Assembly (NCBI GenBank): GCA_964539785.1
Contig: CAZIJQ010000001.1
Location: 118 to 64,117, forward strand
Direction: 5' to 3'
DNA from: an uncultured bacterium
Lineage (GTDB): Bacteria > Fidelibacterota > Marinisomatia > Marinisomatales > TCS56
Length of the DNA: 64,000 nt
Position numbers and translations under genes: made by a program. The notes under the pieces were generated by a model, which saw only the letters and a list, made by a program, of their open reading frames with translations, was not told where the DNA came from and ran no database searches. Shown here in pieces: positions 1-9,840 of this stretch. Every line of letters begins with the position of its first letter. Positions within the stretch are counted from its first letter, which is position 1.

Positions 1-1
1 C

Positions 2-649
2 TGCAATATTAATAATGAACAAAACCCCGTCGCGTTGCATGAAAGCGATCAAAAGAATATATCTTTTATAATAACTGCTAATAATGAAATTTTGATAATT
101 CCCCATTCGAACGAAATGCAGGAGGATATAATTCAAGCCTTTTATATATTGCAAACTGAGTCGATTGCGGGAATTAATCTACCATCTGAACCAATAAGTG
201 GAAAGATTAATCAGATGGTAGACCGCTTGATTGTGAAAGACAGTAATTCAGGGCAAGAATACATCTTTTGCATCACAGATGAGCCAGGACGTAAAGAAAA
301 CCAAATTTCGGTGATAGGGTACGGATTATCAAAACATGAAGGAGAGTTTCCGACCCAATTGATATTCAATATAATTGACGATTCAGTCTATGAAACAATC
401 TATAGATACAATTGCCAACTTCTAAACAAGGAACCTCAATTTGACGAGTTGAACAAACCGGACCCACAGCCCATATTTGACTGCGGAAGTTCTAGTTGCA
501 GTGTATCTTGGATGGTTGGGTATGTATCATATAGCTGCTCCGTTTCTTGTCGGGACGGGTATCGTGCCGTGTGCAAGGCGGATGTTGGCTGCCATTGTGA
601 GGCTTGTGGATCTGCGGGAACTGCAGAGGACGGTGGATCCTCAAACTAA
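2..649 (+). CDS. hypothetical protein with a Cys-rich C-terminal tail; the frame is open to the left window edge and may be partial
   Basis: ORF track 35..649 starts at TTG. The same frame has no stop back to nt 2. There are 8 Cys in the last ~50 aa. No family recognised. Confidence 0.45.
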   Translation, partial: CNINNEQNPVALHESDQKNISFIITANNEILIIPHSNEMQEDIIQAFYILQTESIAGINLPSEPISGKINQMVDRLIVKDSNSGQEYIFCITDEPGRKENQISVIGYGLSKHEGEFPTQLIFNIIDDSVYETIYRYNCQLLNKEPQFDELNKPDPQPIFDCGSSSCSVSWMVGYVSYSCSVSCRDGYRAVCKADVGCHCEACGSAGTAEDGGSSN

Positions 650-670
650 AAAAAAATATAAATAGTATAC

Positions 671-708
671 AAAAAGAAAAGGGTTTTTGGACAAGCCCTT
701 TTCTTTTT
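671..708. terminator. bidirectional intrinsic terminator between convergent genes
   Basis: 9-bp stem AGAAAAGGG (675-683) / CCCTTTTCT (696-704), flanked by an A-run upstream and a T-run downstream. Confidence 0.7.
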
Positions 709-719
709 GTTAAATATAC

Positions 720-3422
720 TTATTTGTTTTTCAGCGTCGCATGCGCGGCGGCCAGACGGGCAATTGGTACCCGGAACGGCGAACAACTGACGTAATTCAA
801 ACCATTCTTATGACAGAAATCGATACTGGCCGGATCGCCACCGTGCTCACCGCAAATACCAATCTTCAGATCGTTGCGTACCTTGCGGCCTTTTTCCACG
901 GCGATCTCGACCAACTGTCCCACACCGGTAATATCCAGGCTCTGGAATGGATCGTGGGCCATAATTTTATTGTCAAGATACATTGGCAGGAAGCCGCCAA
1001 TATCATCGCGAGAGAAACCATAGGTGGTCTGAGTCAGATCATTGGTACCAAAACTGAAGAACTCGGCTTTGGCGGCAATCTGGTCGGCAGTCAAACAAGC
1101 CCGGGGCAGTTCGATCATCGTACCTACCAGGTACTTGAATTTGATGCCGGTTTCTTCCATCACCTGTGCGGCGACAGTTCTTACAATTGCTTCCTGGTTG
1201 TCATACTCGGTATATGTCCCCACCAGCGGAATCATTACTTCCGGCCGTACATCCACCCCGGATTTGGTGAGTTCGGCGGTGGCCTCAAAAACGGCGCGGG
1301 CCTGCATCTCAGTGATTTCCGGGTAAGCTACCCCCAGACGACATCCGCGATGCCCCAGCATTGGGTTTAACTCGTGCAAGGAGGCGATGCGGGTGTTGAT
1401 TGTTTCCACTGGAATATTCACTGCTGCCGATAATTCTTTAACCTGCTTGTCATCCAGTGTGATGAATTCATGTAGTGGCGGGTCCAGTAGACGGATTGTT
1501 ACCGGCAGGCCTGCCATGGCTTTCAGAATGCCTTTGAAATCTTCGCGTTGGAAGGGCAATAATTCATTGACTGCGGCACGGCGTTGTTCCACGTTTTCCG
1601 CCAGGATCATTTTGCGCATGGCCATGATTCGTTTGGGATCAAAGAACATGTGCTCAGTTCGGCAAAGGCCGATACCTTCAGCGCCAAAGGCGCGAGCCTG
1701 GGTCGAGTCGGAAGGACTATCGGCGTTAGTGCGGATGCCTAATTGACGGGTTTCGTCGGCCCATTCCATCAGCTCGGTGTACCACTTATTGGATTGAGGA
1801 TCGGCTGGTTGCTCGGAAATCTGATCCAGGTAAACCACACCCTTTGTGCCGTTCATGGAAATCCAGTCGCCTTCTTTGATCGTCTGACCATTAACAGCTA
1901 TTGTTTTGTCGCGCCAACTGATATTCAGAGCGCTGCAGCCGACGATACAACATTTACCCCAACCGCGCGCTACCAGGGCAGCGTGGGAAGTCATACCGCC
2001 TTTGGCGGTTAATATTGCCATGGCGGCATGCATGCCGTGGACATCCTCCGGGGAAGTCTCATTACGAACCAGAATCACCTGCTTGCCTTTTTTAGCCCAA
2101 ACTTCGGCGTCGTCGGCGGTGAATACCACCTGACCGCTGGTGCCACCGGGTCCGGCTGGCAGGCCTTTAGCCAGTATGGACGCCAGTCTTTCAGATTCCG
2201 GGTCCAGCATGGGGTGTAATAATTCGTCCAATTGGGCAGGTGCAACGCGCAATATAGCCTCTTCCTTGGAGATCAGGTTTTCATGAAACATTTCCACTGC
2301 CATCCGTATAGCGGACATGCCGTTGCGCTTTCCGTCGCGGGTCTGAAGCATCCACAATTTATCACTCTGGATTGTGAATTCGATGTCCTGCATATTGCGA
2401 TAATGTTGTTCCAGTTTGGTGCGGATGCCATCCAGCTGGGCATACAACTCTGGTTTAAATTTTTCCAACGAAACATGATCGCCACTCTCGTCAGTACGGG
2501 TGGCTTCATTCAGGGGATTAGGGGTACGTGTTCCCGCTACCACATCCTCACCCTGCGCATTTTGCAGCCACTCACCATAGAAAAGATTTTCGCCGGTTGC
2601 GGGGTTACGGGTGAAGGCCACGCCAGTGGCGCTTTCGTCACCGAGGTTGCCAAAAACCATTACTTGCACGTTAACTGCCGTACCCCAGTCACCGGGGATA
2701 CCTTCGATCCGGCGATAGTTAATGGCACGCTTACCCATCCAGCTCTGGAAAACGGCTTTTATGCCACCCCATAATTGATCCCAGGGATCATCAGGGAAGT
2801 CTTGACCAAGGACAGTTTTAATTTTGTCTTTGAATTGTTCGGATAGTGTTTTCCAATCGTCGCCAGTCAAATCAACATCAGATTTGTAGCCGTTGGCTGC
2901 TTTGTAATTGTCCATCAATTCTTCTAACTGGTGACGGATACCTTCGCCATCGGCTGGTTCGACACCGGCGGCTTTTTCCATAACCACGTCGGAGTACATC
3001 ATAATAAGGCGCCGATAGGCGTCGTATACAAATTGCGAATTCCCGGTTTTTTCAATCAGGCCGGGGATGGTTTTGCTGGTGAGCCCCACATTTAGTACCG
3101 TTTCCATCATACCGGGCATGGATACCCGGGCACCGGAACGAACCGAAAGCAGTAGCGGATCATTGACATCGCCAAATTTCTTGCCCATAATAATTTCGAT
3201 TTTTTTGGTTACTTCTTTTACCTGCGCATCTACTTCGGCAGGTAGCTGTCGGGCATTTTCATAATAAGCATTACAAACTTCAGTGGTAATTGTAAATCCC
3301 GGTGGAACAGGTATTCCCAGAGCGGTCATTTCTGCCAGGTTGGCACCCTTGCCCCCCAGGAGGTTTTTCATATCAGCACGGCCATCAGCCTGTCCATCAC
3401 CAAAATAATATACGTATTTCAT
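720..3422 (-). CDS. ppdK: pyruvate, phosphate dikinase
   Basis: 900 aa. N-terminus MKYVYYFGDG..LLGGKGANLAEM, central phosphohistidine region GGMTSHAALVARGWGK, C-terminal PEP-utilising domain GICGEHGGDP. Confidence 0.95.
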   Translation of the reverse strand: MKYVYYFGDGQADGRADMKNLLGGKGANLAEMTALGIPVPPGFTITTEVCNAYYENARQLPAEVDAQVKEVTKKIEIIMGKKFGDVNDPLLLSVRSGARVSMPGMMETVLNVGLTSKTIPGLIEKTGNSQFVYDAYRRLIMMYSDVVMEKAAGVEPADGEGIRHQLEELMDNYKAANGYKSDVDLTGDDWKTLSEQFKDKIKTVLGQDFPDDPWDQLWGGIKAVFQSWMGKRAINYRRIEGIPGDWGTAVNVQVMVFGNLGDESATGVAFTRNPATGENLFYGEWLQNAQGEDVVAGTRTPNPLNEATRTDESGDHVSLEKFKPELYAQLDGIRTKLEQHYRNMQDIEFTIQSDKLWMLQTRDGKRNGMSAIRMAVEMFHENLISKEEAILRVAPAQLDELLHPMLDPESERLASILAKGLPAGPGGTSGQVVFTADDAEVWAKKGKQVILVRNETSPEDVHGMHAAMAILTAKGGMTSHAALVARGWGKCCIVGCSALNISWRDKTIAVNGQTIKEGDWISMNGTKGVVYLDQISEQPADPQSNKWYTELMEWADETRQLGIRTNADSPSDSTQARAFGAEGIGLCRTEHMFFDPKRIMAMRKMILAENVEQRRAAVNELLPFQREDFKGILKAMAGLPVTIRLLDPPLHEFITLDDKQVKELSAAVNIPVETINTRIASLHELNPMLGHRGCRLGVAYPEITEMQARAVFEATAELTKSGVDVRPEVMIPLVGTYTEYDNQEAIVRTVAAQVMEETGIKFKYLVGTMIELPRACLTADQIAAKAEFFSFGTNDLTQTTYGFSRDDIGGFLPMYLDNKIMAHDPFQSLDITGVGQLVEIAVEKGRKVRNDLKIGICGEHGGDPASIDFCHKNGLNYVSCSPFRVPIARLAAAHATLKNK

Positions 3423-3561
3423 AGTCTCATAACTCCTGTGTATTGGAAAAATATAGCAGTAAAATTACAGCTTACCACAGTCAGATAGCAAGGCATCCTC
3501 AACCTGTTTCCGAATCAAATTATTCATAAAATAAGCGCTTTTGATTGCGTAATTTTCGTGT

Positions 3562-5013
3562 ATGAATCGTGATTCCCGAAATATTCTAATCATCCTAATT
3601 ATACTTACGGTTTTTAAAGGATTGTTCTCTGCTCCACTATACTTATTAGACGATGAAGCATATTACTGGGTGTGGAGTAAAAATTTATCATTATCGTATT
3701 TCGACCACCCCCCCATGATTGCTTTACTAATCAGATTGTCAACGGTTTTATTCGGTGAATCGGCTTTTGGCATTAGAGCCTTGGGAGCAATACTGACCAG
3801 TATCAGCATCTGGTTTGGGCTTGATTTGATCTACCGGATTTACCAGGATAAAAAAGTTCTTTGGCACGGCCTGGCCCTGTATTCACTGGCAATACCATTT
3901 TTTGCCGCCGGAACTATAATGACGCCCGATACACCAATGATGTTTTTTATAACGCTGGCGCTATGGGCTTCTTATCGGGCAGTATTTGAATTCAAAAATA
4001 GATACTGGTGGATCAGTGGACTTGCGTTTGGCCTGGCGCTTTTATCAAAATATACTGCTATCCTTTGGCTCGGAAGTGTTTTTTTAGTATTAGTTATTGA
4101 TCCGCGCCTGCGCCGGCATCTCCGACAGTCAGCGCCATGGTTGGCCGGGTTACTTGCCATTGCCATATTTCTTCCCGTATTGTACTGGAATGCTACCCAC
4201 GGCTGGGTTTCATTTAAATTCCAATTGGCCCACGGCCTGCAATCCAAAAATCCCCGGCCCCTTTTTTATCTGGGGGAATTTTTTGGTGGACAGGCCGGAT
4301 TAATAACCCCTGGAATATTTTTGACACTGTTGGTGCTGTGGGGTAAAATGACAGCACATTGGAGTAAATTATTATCACAAGAACGATTTTTACTGATCAC
4401 GGGATTTTTACCATTCCTGTTTTTTTTGTATGCCGGCTCCCGTTCCCACGTAGAAGCAAACTGGCCGGCCCTGGCATATTTCAGCGGCCTGATTCTGGTT
4501 GCTGTCTGGCACGCACGGTCTAGCGGTTGGAAAAAATGGGTAAGAGGAATTAATTATGGATTGCTGGCATTGTTAATGACAATAGTGATAATTCAACCGC
4601 ATTTTAAAATGCTGCCGCTAACAGGGAAAAACGATCCCACAAATCGCTATTATGGTTGGCCTGGTGTCTTGGATCGGATTGAGAAAATCTGGCAGGAAAA
4701 CCCCAGCGCGCTACCGGTTGGCAATAAGTATCAATTACAAAGCCAACTAGCCTATCGCCTTGGCACAATCAGAATACCGGCACTCAATATACAGGATCGA
4801 CCGAATCATTTTGATTATTTTGACGAGAGTATCTTGGCCGGGCGAGATTTATTAATTATCAGCGGTGAGAAAAATCCCCGCCCACAAAAATTTGAACAGG
4901 ATTTCGAATCGGTTGTACACCTTGAATCCATCTCTGGCTACCGCGATGATGAGCGTGTACGTAATGTTCAAGTATATCTTGGTAAAAACTTTGATCGTAA
5001 CAGATTTGATTAA
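3562..5013 (+). CDS. ArnT-like glycosyltransferase family 39 membrane protein
   Basis: Polytopic membrane protein. N-terminal DDEAYYWVWSKNLSLSYFDHPPMIALLIRL is typical of the PMT_2/ArnT family. Confidence 0.75.
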   Translation: MNRDSRNILIILIILTVFKGLFSAPLYLLDDEAYYWVWSKNLSLSYFDHPPMIALLIRLSTVLFGESAFGIRALGAILTSISIWFGLDLIYRIYQDKKVLWHGLALYSLAIPFFAAGTIMTPDTPMMFFITLALWASYRAVFEFKNRYWWISGLAFGLALLSKYTAILWLGSVFLVLVIDPRLRRHLRQSAPWLAGLLAIAIFLPVLYWNATHGWVSFKFQLAHGLQSKNPRPLFYLGEFFGGQAGLITPGIFLTLLVLWGKMTAHWSKLLSQERFLLITGFLPFLFFLYAGSRSHVEANWPALAYFSGLILVAVWHARSSGWKKWVRGINYGLLALLMTIVIIQPHFKMLPLTGKNDPTNRYYGWPGVLDRIEKIWQENPSALPVGNKYQLQSQLAYRLGTIRIPALNIQDRPNHFDYFDESILAGRDLLIISGEKNPRPQKFEQDFESVVHLESISGYRDDERVRNVQVYLGKNFDRNRFD

Positions 5014-5085
5014 ATCCTGCTTACCGACCAACTTGGATAATTTTTGTATATTTGCTGTCGGTTAGCACCCAATAATAACAGAAAA

Positions 5086-8000
5086 ATGAATCGGTCATCT
5101 CAAATAAATTGTTTCAAAATGATATTTTATATCCTGGGAACCTTTTTGTTATTAACAACAACCGGGTTTGGCCACGACAATGAATACAATTATTGGGTCG
5201 ATGACATGTTTGACGGGGTACCAGGAAATCAATTAATCCCTGAGCTTAATGATGCTTATGGTGTTGCGTTTCGCGATATTAACGGTGATAAACTTCCCGA
5301 TATATATGTAACCAGATTTCGTGAATTGAATCGCTTGTTAATCAACCGGGGAGAAGACACACCATTTGAAGACCACACTATCCAGACTGGTTTAGGTGGT
5401 AATCTGGCTTCCATGGGCCAGAGAAACCTTGAACTGGGTGCCTCGATTGTGGATTTTAATGATGATGGCAATAGCGACGCAATTATAGCTGGTTGGGGGA
5501 CCGCAACACAACTGTTTGAGGCCAATCAGTATATGCAATTTACTGAGATAACTAATGTTTCCGGAATTGAATTACCGATTAGCGGTAACTGCGCCGTTTG
5601 GTCAGATATAGACCTTGATGGTGATTTGGATTTGTTTATCACCGATGAGCATGGCCCAAACCATTTATACGTTCAGGCCGAGCCGGGGCGATTTATGGAT
5701 CGAGCGCTGGAGTTTGGTGTAGATGCCGAACAGATCAGTCAGGGGGCAACCTTTGGCGATTTGGATGGTGATGGCTATCCGGATTTATATGTCTGCAACT
5801 GGTTTGCACCGGATTTGCTGTATCGTAATATTGAGGGAATTGTATTTCAGCGGGTCAAACTACCGCTACCCCATTTAACGGAGCCTCTCAGGAGTAACGG
5901 AGTGTGGTTTGGCGACATTGATAATGACGCCGATCTCGACATTTTGGTTACGGATCGCCAGCGTACCAGCCGATTATATCGCAACGATAATTTGCCAGTT
6001 AATGATGGGTTGGCATTTACGGATATTACCGCTGATTTTGGTTTGCTAAACTCATATCCGGCCTATTCCGGCTTAATGGTTGATTTTAACAACGATGGCT
6101 GGCGCGATATTTATTTTGCTAACATCGGACCCAATCAATTATTTCTTAACCAGCGCGGGAAAGGCTTTATCCTTGTTCATCAGCAGAGTATTTCCACAAA
6201 ATCTTATCTGCAGCACTACAGTACCGGTGCAGCGGTAGCCGATTTTGATAACGATGGTGATTTGGATTTGTTTGTTTCAAACAAAGACACCGCCTCAGCC
6301 TTCTATGTTAATCCGTTGGTAGCCGGCAGGTTTTTAAGAATAAAAGTGGTCGGCGGTCAAAGCAATCGTGAGGGAATTGGAACCAAAATCAGGTTATTTC
6401 GCCAACCGGAAGGAGGGGGAGCGCCGACCCTGGAAAGTTATCAGGAAATTTCCGGCGGCAGCGGGTATTTATCTATTGGTGAGCGAGTTGTGCATTTTGG
6501 AGTGGAATCCCAGGAAAAATACCGGGTGGAAGTTGCTTTTCCATCTGGCAAGGAAAAATTTTATAATAACCTGATTCCCAACCAGCAAATTATTGTCCGG
6601 GAAAACAATGTGCTTCTTATGTTAGTTTACCAGACATCTAATTTCTTGGCAATGCTTTTAGCGCAGCCGGAGTTTCTTGGTAATATGCTGTTGTTTATCT
6701 TATTGTCAGGAGTCTTGGTTTTATATATTTATATATTCTTACGGCGCTATCGCGGGACAGCACAAAGAACAATCTGGTTGACGATGGCAATAATTTTAAT
6801 TTTGTTTATTGGCTTGGTTTTCATTCCCGAATATGGATTAAGGTCGGTTTTATGGGGTCAATTGGTGGTTTTAATGGTAATAATTGGTACTGTCACCGGA
6901 TTTTCAGAGCGAATCAGACAATTATCAGAAAAACGCTATGGCTATCGTTCAATATTGAAACAATTTTCTGAAAGATTGATTAATATTCGTAATAATGAAG
7001 AGCTATATCAACAGTTGACAGATGTGATATTTAAATCAATTCCTTTAGAATTCTGCGCGATTTATGAAATTAACAAAGACCAGGCGAACCAGGTTTGTAA
7101 TGTTGGCCGTTCGCCGATTTCCAGCTTTACACTATCAAACGAATTGTTAAAAACGCTTGAAAATAATCCAACCATCACAAACATGAATATCGTCGATAAT
7201 AAGACACTTTATGAGAGCATATCCGGATGCTTGCTGATTTCAGTAAGATATTCAACCGGATTATTGGCTTTGATTGTTCTGGGAAATAGAAAAGACAGAA
7301 TAAGTTTTAAGGACGATGACAGTGATGTATTTACAGTGTTAGGAAGTCAAGCAGCCCTGGCAATTGAGAACAATCGCTATATTGATGAGACCAGGGTCCT
7401 GGCAGAACAGGTAAGTGCTGCACGGGTTCGAGAACATTATATAAATGAACTGGAGGAAAAGAATCGGTCATTGGAAAAATTATACCGCGACCTTCAAGAC
7501 ACTCAGGCTCAATTGATTCAAAGCGAAAAAATGTCGGGATTAGGTCAACTTGTGGCTGGTGTCGCCCATGAGCTAAATAATCCCATCGGCTATATTTATG
7601 CCAACATGCGTGAATTGCATAATTATATCGAAGATTTAAAAAACCCTGCGATTGACCAGCCTGGGTTGGTTGATTCCAACGAAATAGAACAGTTAATCAA
7701 TGAGAGTATTGAAGGCAGTCGCCGGGTAAAAGAAATTGTTGAAAATCTGCGTAATTTTTCACGACTGGATGAGGCTGAATTCAAATTAGCTGATATCCAC
7801 GAAGGGTTAGAATCCACCCTGATGTTGTTGAATAATGATTTGAAAAATCGAATTACTATACATAAAAATTATGGTGATTTCCCCCCCATCTATTGTCTAC
7901 CGGGTTATCTGAACCAGGTTTTTATGAATCTTCTATTAAATGCAGTGCAGGCGATTAGCGGTAAGGGTAACATAAGGATAGCAACCGAATTGAAAAGTGA

Positions 8001-8229
8001 ATTGGTAGTAATAAGCATCAAGGATGACGGTGCCGGAATTCCGGCTGACAAACTGGATCACATTTTTGATCCATTCTACACTTCTAAACCGGTAGGGGAA
8101 GGCACAGGGTTAGGGTTGAGTATCAGTTACGGGATAATTGAACGCCATAACGGGACAATTGTTGTTACCAGTAAAGTTGGCACCGGCAGCGAATTTGTCA
8201 TCAGTTTGCCAATAACAACAGAGCAATAG
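5086..8229 (+). CDS. sensor histidine kinase with an extracytoplasmic FG-GAP/VCBS propeller plus ASPIC/UnbV domain, TM segments, a GAF-like domain, HisKA and HATPase
   Basis: Seven DxDGDxxxD(L/I)(F/Y)V repeats. UnbV-like NREGIGTKIRLF..SGGSGYLS. H-box GVAHELNNPIGYI, N-box LLLNAVQA, G-boxes DDGAGI and GTGLGLS. ATG at 5086 precedes the signal/TM segment; the track TTG at 5044 is less likely. Confidence 0.85.
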   Translation: MNRSSQINCFKMIFYILGTFLLLTTTGFGHDNEYNYWVDDMFDGVPGNQLIPELNDAYGVAFRDINGDKLPDIYVTRFRELNRLLINRGEDTPFEDHTIQTGLGGNLASMGQRNLELGASIVDFNDDGNSDAIIAGWGTATQLFEANQYMQFTEITNVSGIELPISGNCAVWSDIDLDGDLDLFITDEHGPNHLYVQAEPGRFMDRALEFGVDAEQISQGATFGDLDGDGYPDLYVCNWFAPDLLYRNIEGIVFQRVKLPLPHLTEPLRSNGVWFGDIDNDADLDILVTDRQRTSRLYRNDNLPVNDGLAFTDITADFGLLNSYPAYSGLMVDFNNDGWRDIYFANIGPNQLFLNQRGKGFILVHQQSISTKSYLQHYSTGAAVADFDNDGDLDLFVSNKDTASAFYVNPLVAGRFLRIKVVGGQSNREGIGTKIRLFRQPEGGGAPTLESYQEISGGSGYLSIGERVVHFGVESQEKYRVEVAFPSGKEKFYNNLIPNQQIIVRENNVLLMLVYQTSNFLAMLLAQPEFLGNMLLFILLSGVLVLYIYIFLRRYRGTAQRTIWLTMAIILILFIGLVFIPEYGLRSVLWGQLVVLMVIIGTVTGFSERIRQLSEKRYGYRSILKQFSERLINIRNNEELYQQLTDVIFKSIPLEFCAIYEINKDQANQVCNVGRSPISSFTLSNELLKTLENNPTITNMNIVDNKTLYESISGCLLISVRYSTGLLALIVLGNRKDRISFKDDDSDVFTVLGSQAALAIENNRYIDETRVLAEQVSAARVREHYINELEEKNRSLEKLYRDLQDTQAQLIQSEKMSGLGQLVAGVAHELNNPIGYIYANMRELHNYIEDLKNPAIDQPGLVDSNEIEQLINESIEGSRRVKEIVENLRNFSRLDEAEFKLADIHEGLESTLMLLNNDLKNRITIHKNYGDFPPIYCLPGYLNQVFMNLLLNAVQAISGKGNIRIATELKSELVVISIKDDGAGIPADKLDHIFDPFYTSKPVGEGTGLGLSISYGIIERHNGTIVVTSKVGTGSEFVISLPITTEQ

Positions 8230-8232
8230 TCA

Positions 8233-9666
8233 ATGAATCACAAAAAATTGCCCAAATTATTAATTGTGGATGATGAGCAACCAGTACTGAATGCCCTCAG
8301 GCGATCTCTACGTAATAAATTTGATGTATTTTTATCGCTCAGCGGATTTGCCGCCTTGGAAATATTGCGCGAGCAGGAAGTAGCTGTTATTCTAGCTGAT
8401 CAACGGATGCCAGGAATGACTGGCGTCGATTTTTTTGTAAAAGCAAGCCGAATACAACCCGACGCTGTCCGTGTTATGCTGACTGGCTACAGTGATGTTG
8501 AGGCCATTATCCAGGCGGTTAATGAAGCAACTATTTTTCATTATTTACAGAAGCCTTGGGAACCAGAGGTGTTGATAATGATACTGGCGCGTGCTGCTGA
8601 AAAGTATGAATTAATCCAGGAAAATCGCCGCCTCAACCGGGAGTTGGAATTTTCCAACCAACAACTCAGCACAGAAAATAAACTTTTGCGAACCGAAGTG
8701 GAAAATTCACATTCATTTGGCAATATCATTGGCGATAGTCCGGCCATGCAAAAGGTTTTTGCTCTGGTTGAAAAAGTAATTCCAACTGATACTACTGTCA
8801 TGATAACAGGAGCAACGGGCACAGGAAAAGAACTGGTAGCCCAGGCGATTCATTATAACGGTCCCCGGAGTTCAAAAATGTTTGCACCGCAAAATTGTGC
8901 AGCTCTACCCGATACATTGTTAGAGAGTATTTTATTTGGTCACGTAAAGGGTGCCTTTACCGATGCCGTGAAGGACCAGAAAGGCTTATTCGAGTTGGCC
9001 AATGGTGGAACCGTTTTTCTCGATGAAATTGCTGATACATCACCTGCTTTTCAGCAGCGCTTGTTACGCGTGTTACAGGAAGGCGAAATTACGCCCGTAG
9101 GCTCGCAGCAGACAAATAAAGTAGATGTTAGAATTATTTCAGCCACCAACCGTGATCTCGAACGGGAGATTGCCCGAGGAAACTTTCGCCAGGATCTGTT
9201 CTATCGGTTGAATGTATTTCCAATTACATTGCCATCCCTGGCCCAAAGATTGGAAGACATTCCCCTGTTGGTTCGCCATTTCGTACAGAAATATTCCCGG
9301 AAAATGGGCAAACAGATTGCCGGTATCAGCCCTGACTGCGAAATCGAGTTGATGGGACGCAAATATTCCGGGAATATTCGCCAACTGGAAAATATCATTG
9401 AACGCACCATCGTGATGGCTCAGGACGGCGATATTATCACAAAGGATCTGTTGGTTTTGGAGGATCAATCAGAAATTGGAGGTGGGGGAAATTATCCCAA
9501 ACCAGATCAACCAGCCATGATTCTTCGTGAGGCCGTTGACTCACTTGAGCGCCAATATATTATTACTGCTCTTGACCGAAATGGTGGAAATCTTTCCCGG
9601 ACAGCCCGCGAATTGGGGGTAACCAGGGCCGGACTATATAAAAAAATCGCGCGACTAAAAATATAA
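8233..9666 (+). CDS. sigma-54-dependent response regulator (NtrC family: REC, AAA+, Fis-type HTH)
   Basis: REC domain LLIVDDE..DQRMPGMTG. Walker A GATGTGKE. GAFTDA motif. C-terminal HTH RTARELGVTRAGLYKKI. Starts 4 nt after the kinase stop. Confidence 0.9.
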   Translation: MNHKKLPKLLIVDDEQPVLNALRRSLRNKFDVFLSLSGFAALEILREQEVAVILADQRMPGMTGVDFFVKASRIQPDAVRVMLTGYSDVEAIIQAVNEATIFHYLQKPWEPEVLIMILARAAEKYELIQENRRLNRELEFSNQQLSTENKLLRTEVENSHSFGNIIGDSPAMQKVFALVEKVIPTDTTVMITGATGTGKELVAQAIHYNGPRSSKMFAPQNCAALPDTLLESILFGHVKGAFTDAVKDQKGLFELANGGTVFLDEIADTSPAFQQRLLRVLQEGEITPVGSQQTNKVDVRIISATNRDLEREIARGNFRQDLFYRLNVFPITLPSLAQRLEDIPLLVRHFVQKYSRKMGKQIAGISPDCEIELMGRKYSGNIRQLENIIERTIVMAQDGDIITKDLLVLEDQSEIGGGGNYPKPDQPAMILREAVDSLERQYIITALDRNGGNLSRTARELGVTRAGLYKKIARLKI

Positions 9667-9795
9667 TACGAACACTTAGTTTACAATATGGGTGTATACT
9701 ATATATCCACAACCTTTTGTTTTCAGTTATTGTGTTTTCTATGTAAGCCATTTAAGTAGTTGATATATAAAGATTTCTTACAGAAATAGATCGTG

Positions 9796-9811
9796 TGGTG
9801 CGATATTTGTG
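9796..9811 (+). promoter_or_regulatory. weak candidate sigma-54 (-24/-12) promoter
   Basis: TGGTGC-N5-TTGT versus consensus TGGCAC-N5-TTGC. Lies ~30 nt upstream of the ATG at 9841 and directly downstream of an NtrC-type activator gene. Confidence 0.3.
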
Positions 9812-9840
9812 TAATATTGGTATGAAAATATGAGTGAATC

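Noticed and set aside
741-3264. Numerous 60-210 aa ORFs lie antisense or out of frame within ppdK. Similar shadow ORFs occur inside sdhA, uvrA, trpB2, the acyl-CoA dehydrogenase gene and others.
   Set aside because: They lie entirely within long ORFs that have unmistakable family signatures. They have low-complexity or Arg/Ser/Gly-rich composition and no start context, so they are typical shadow ORFs.
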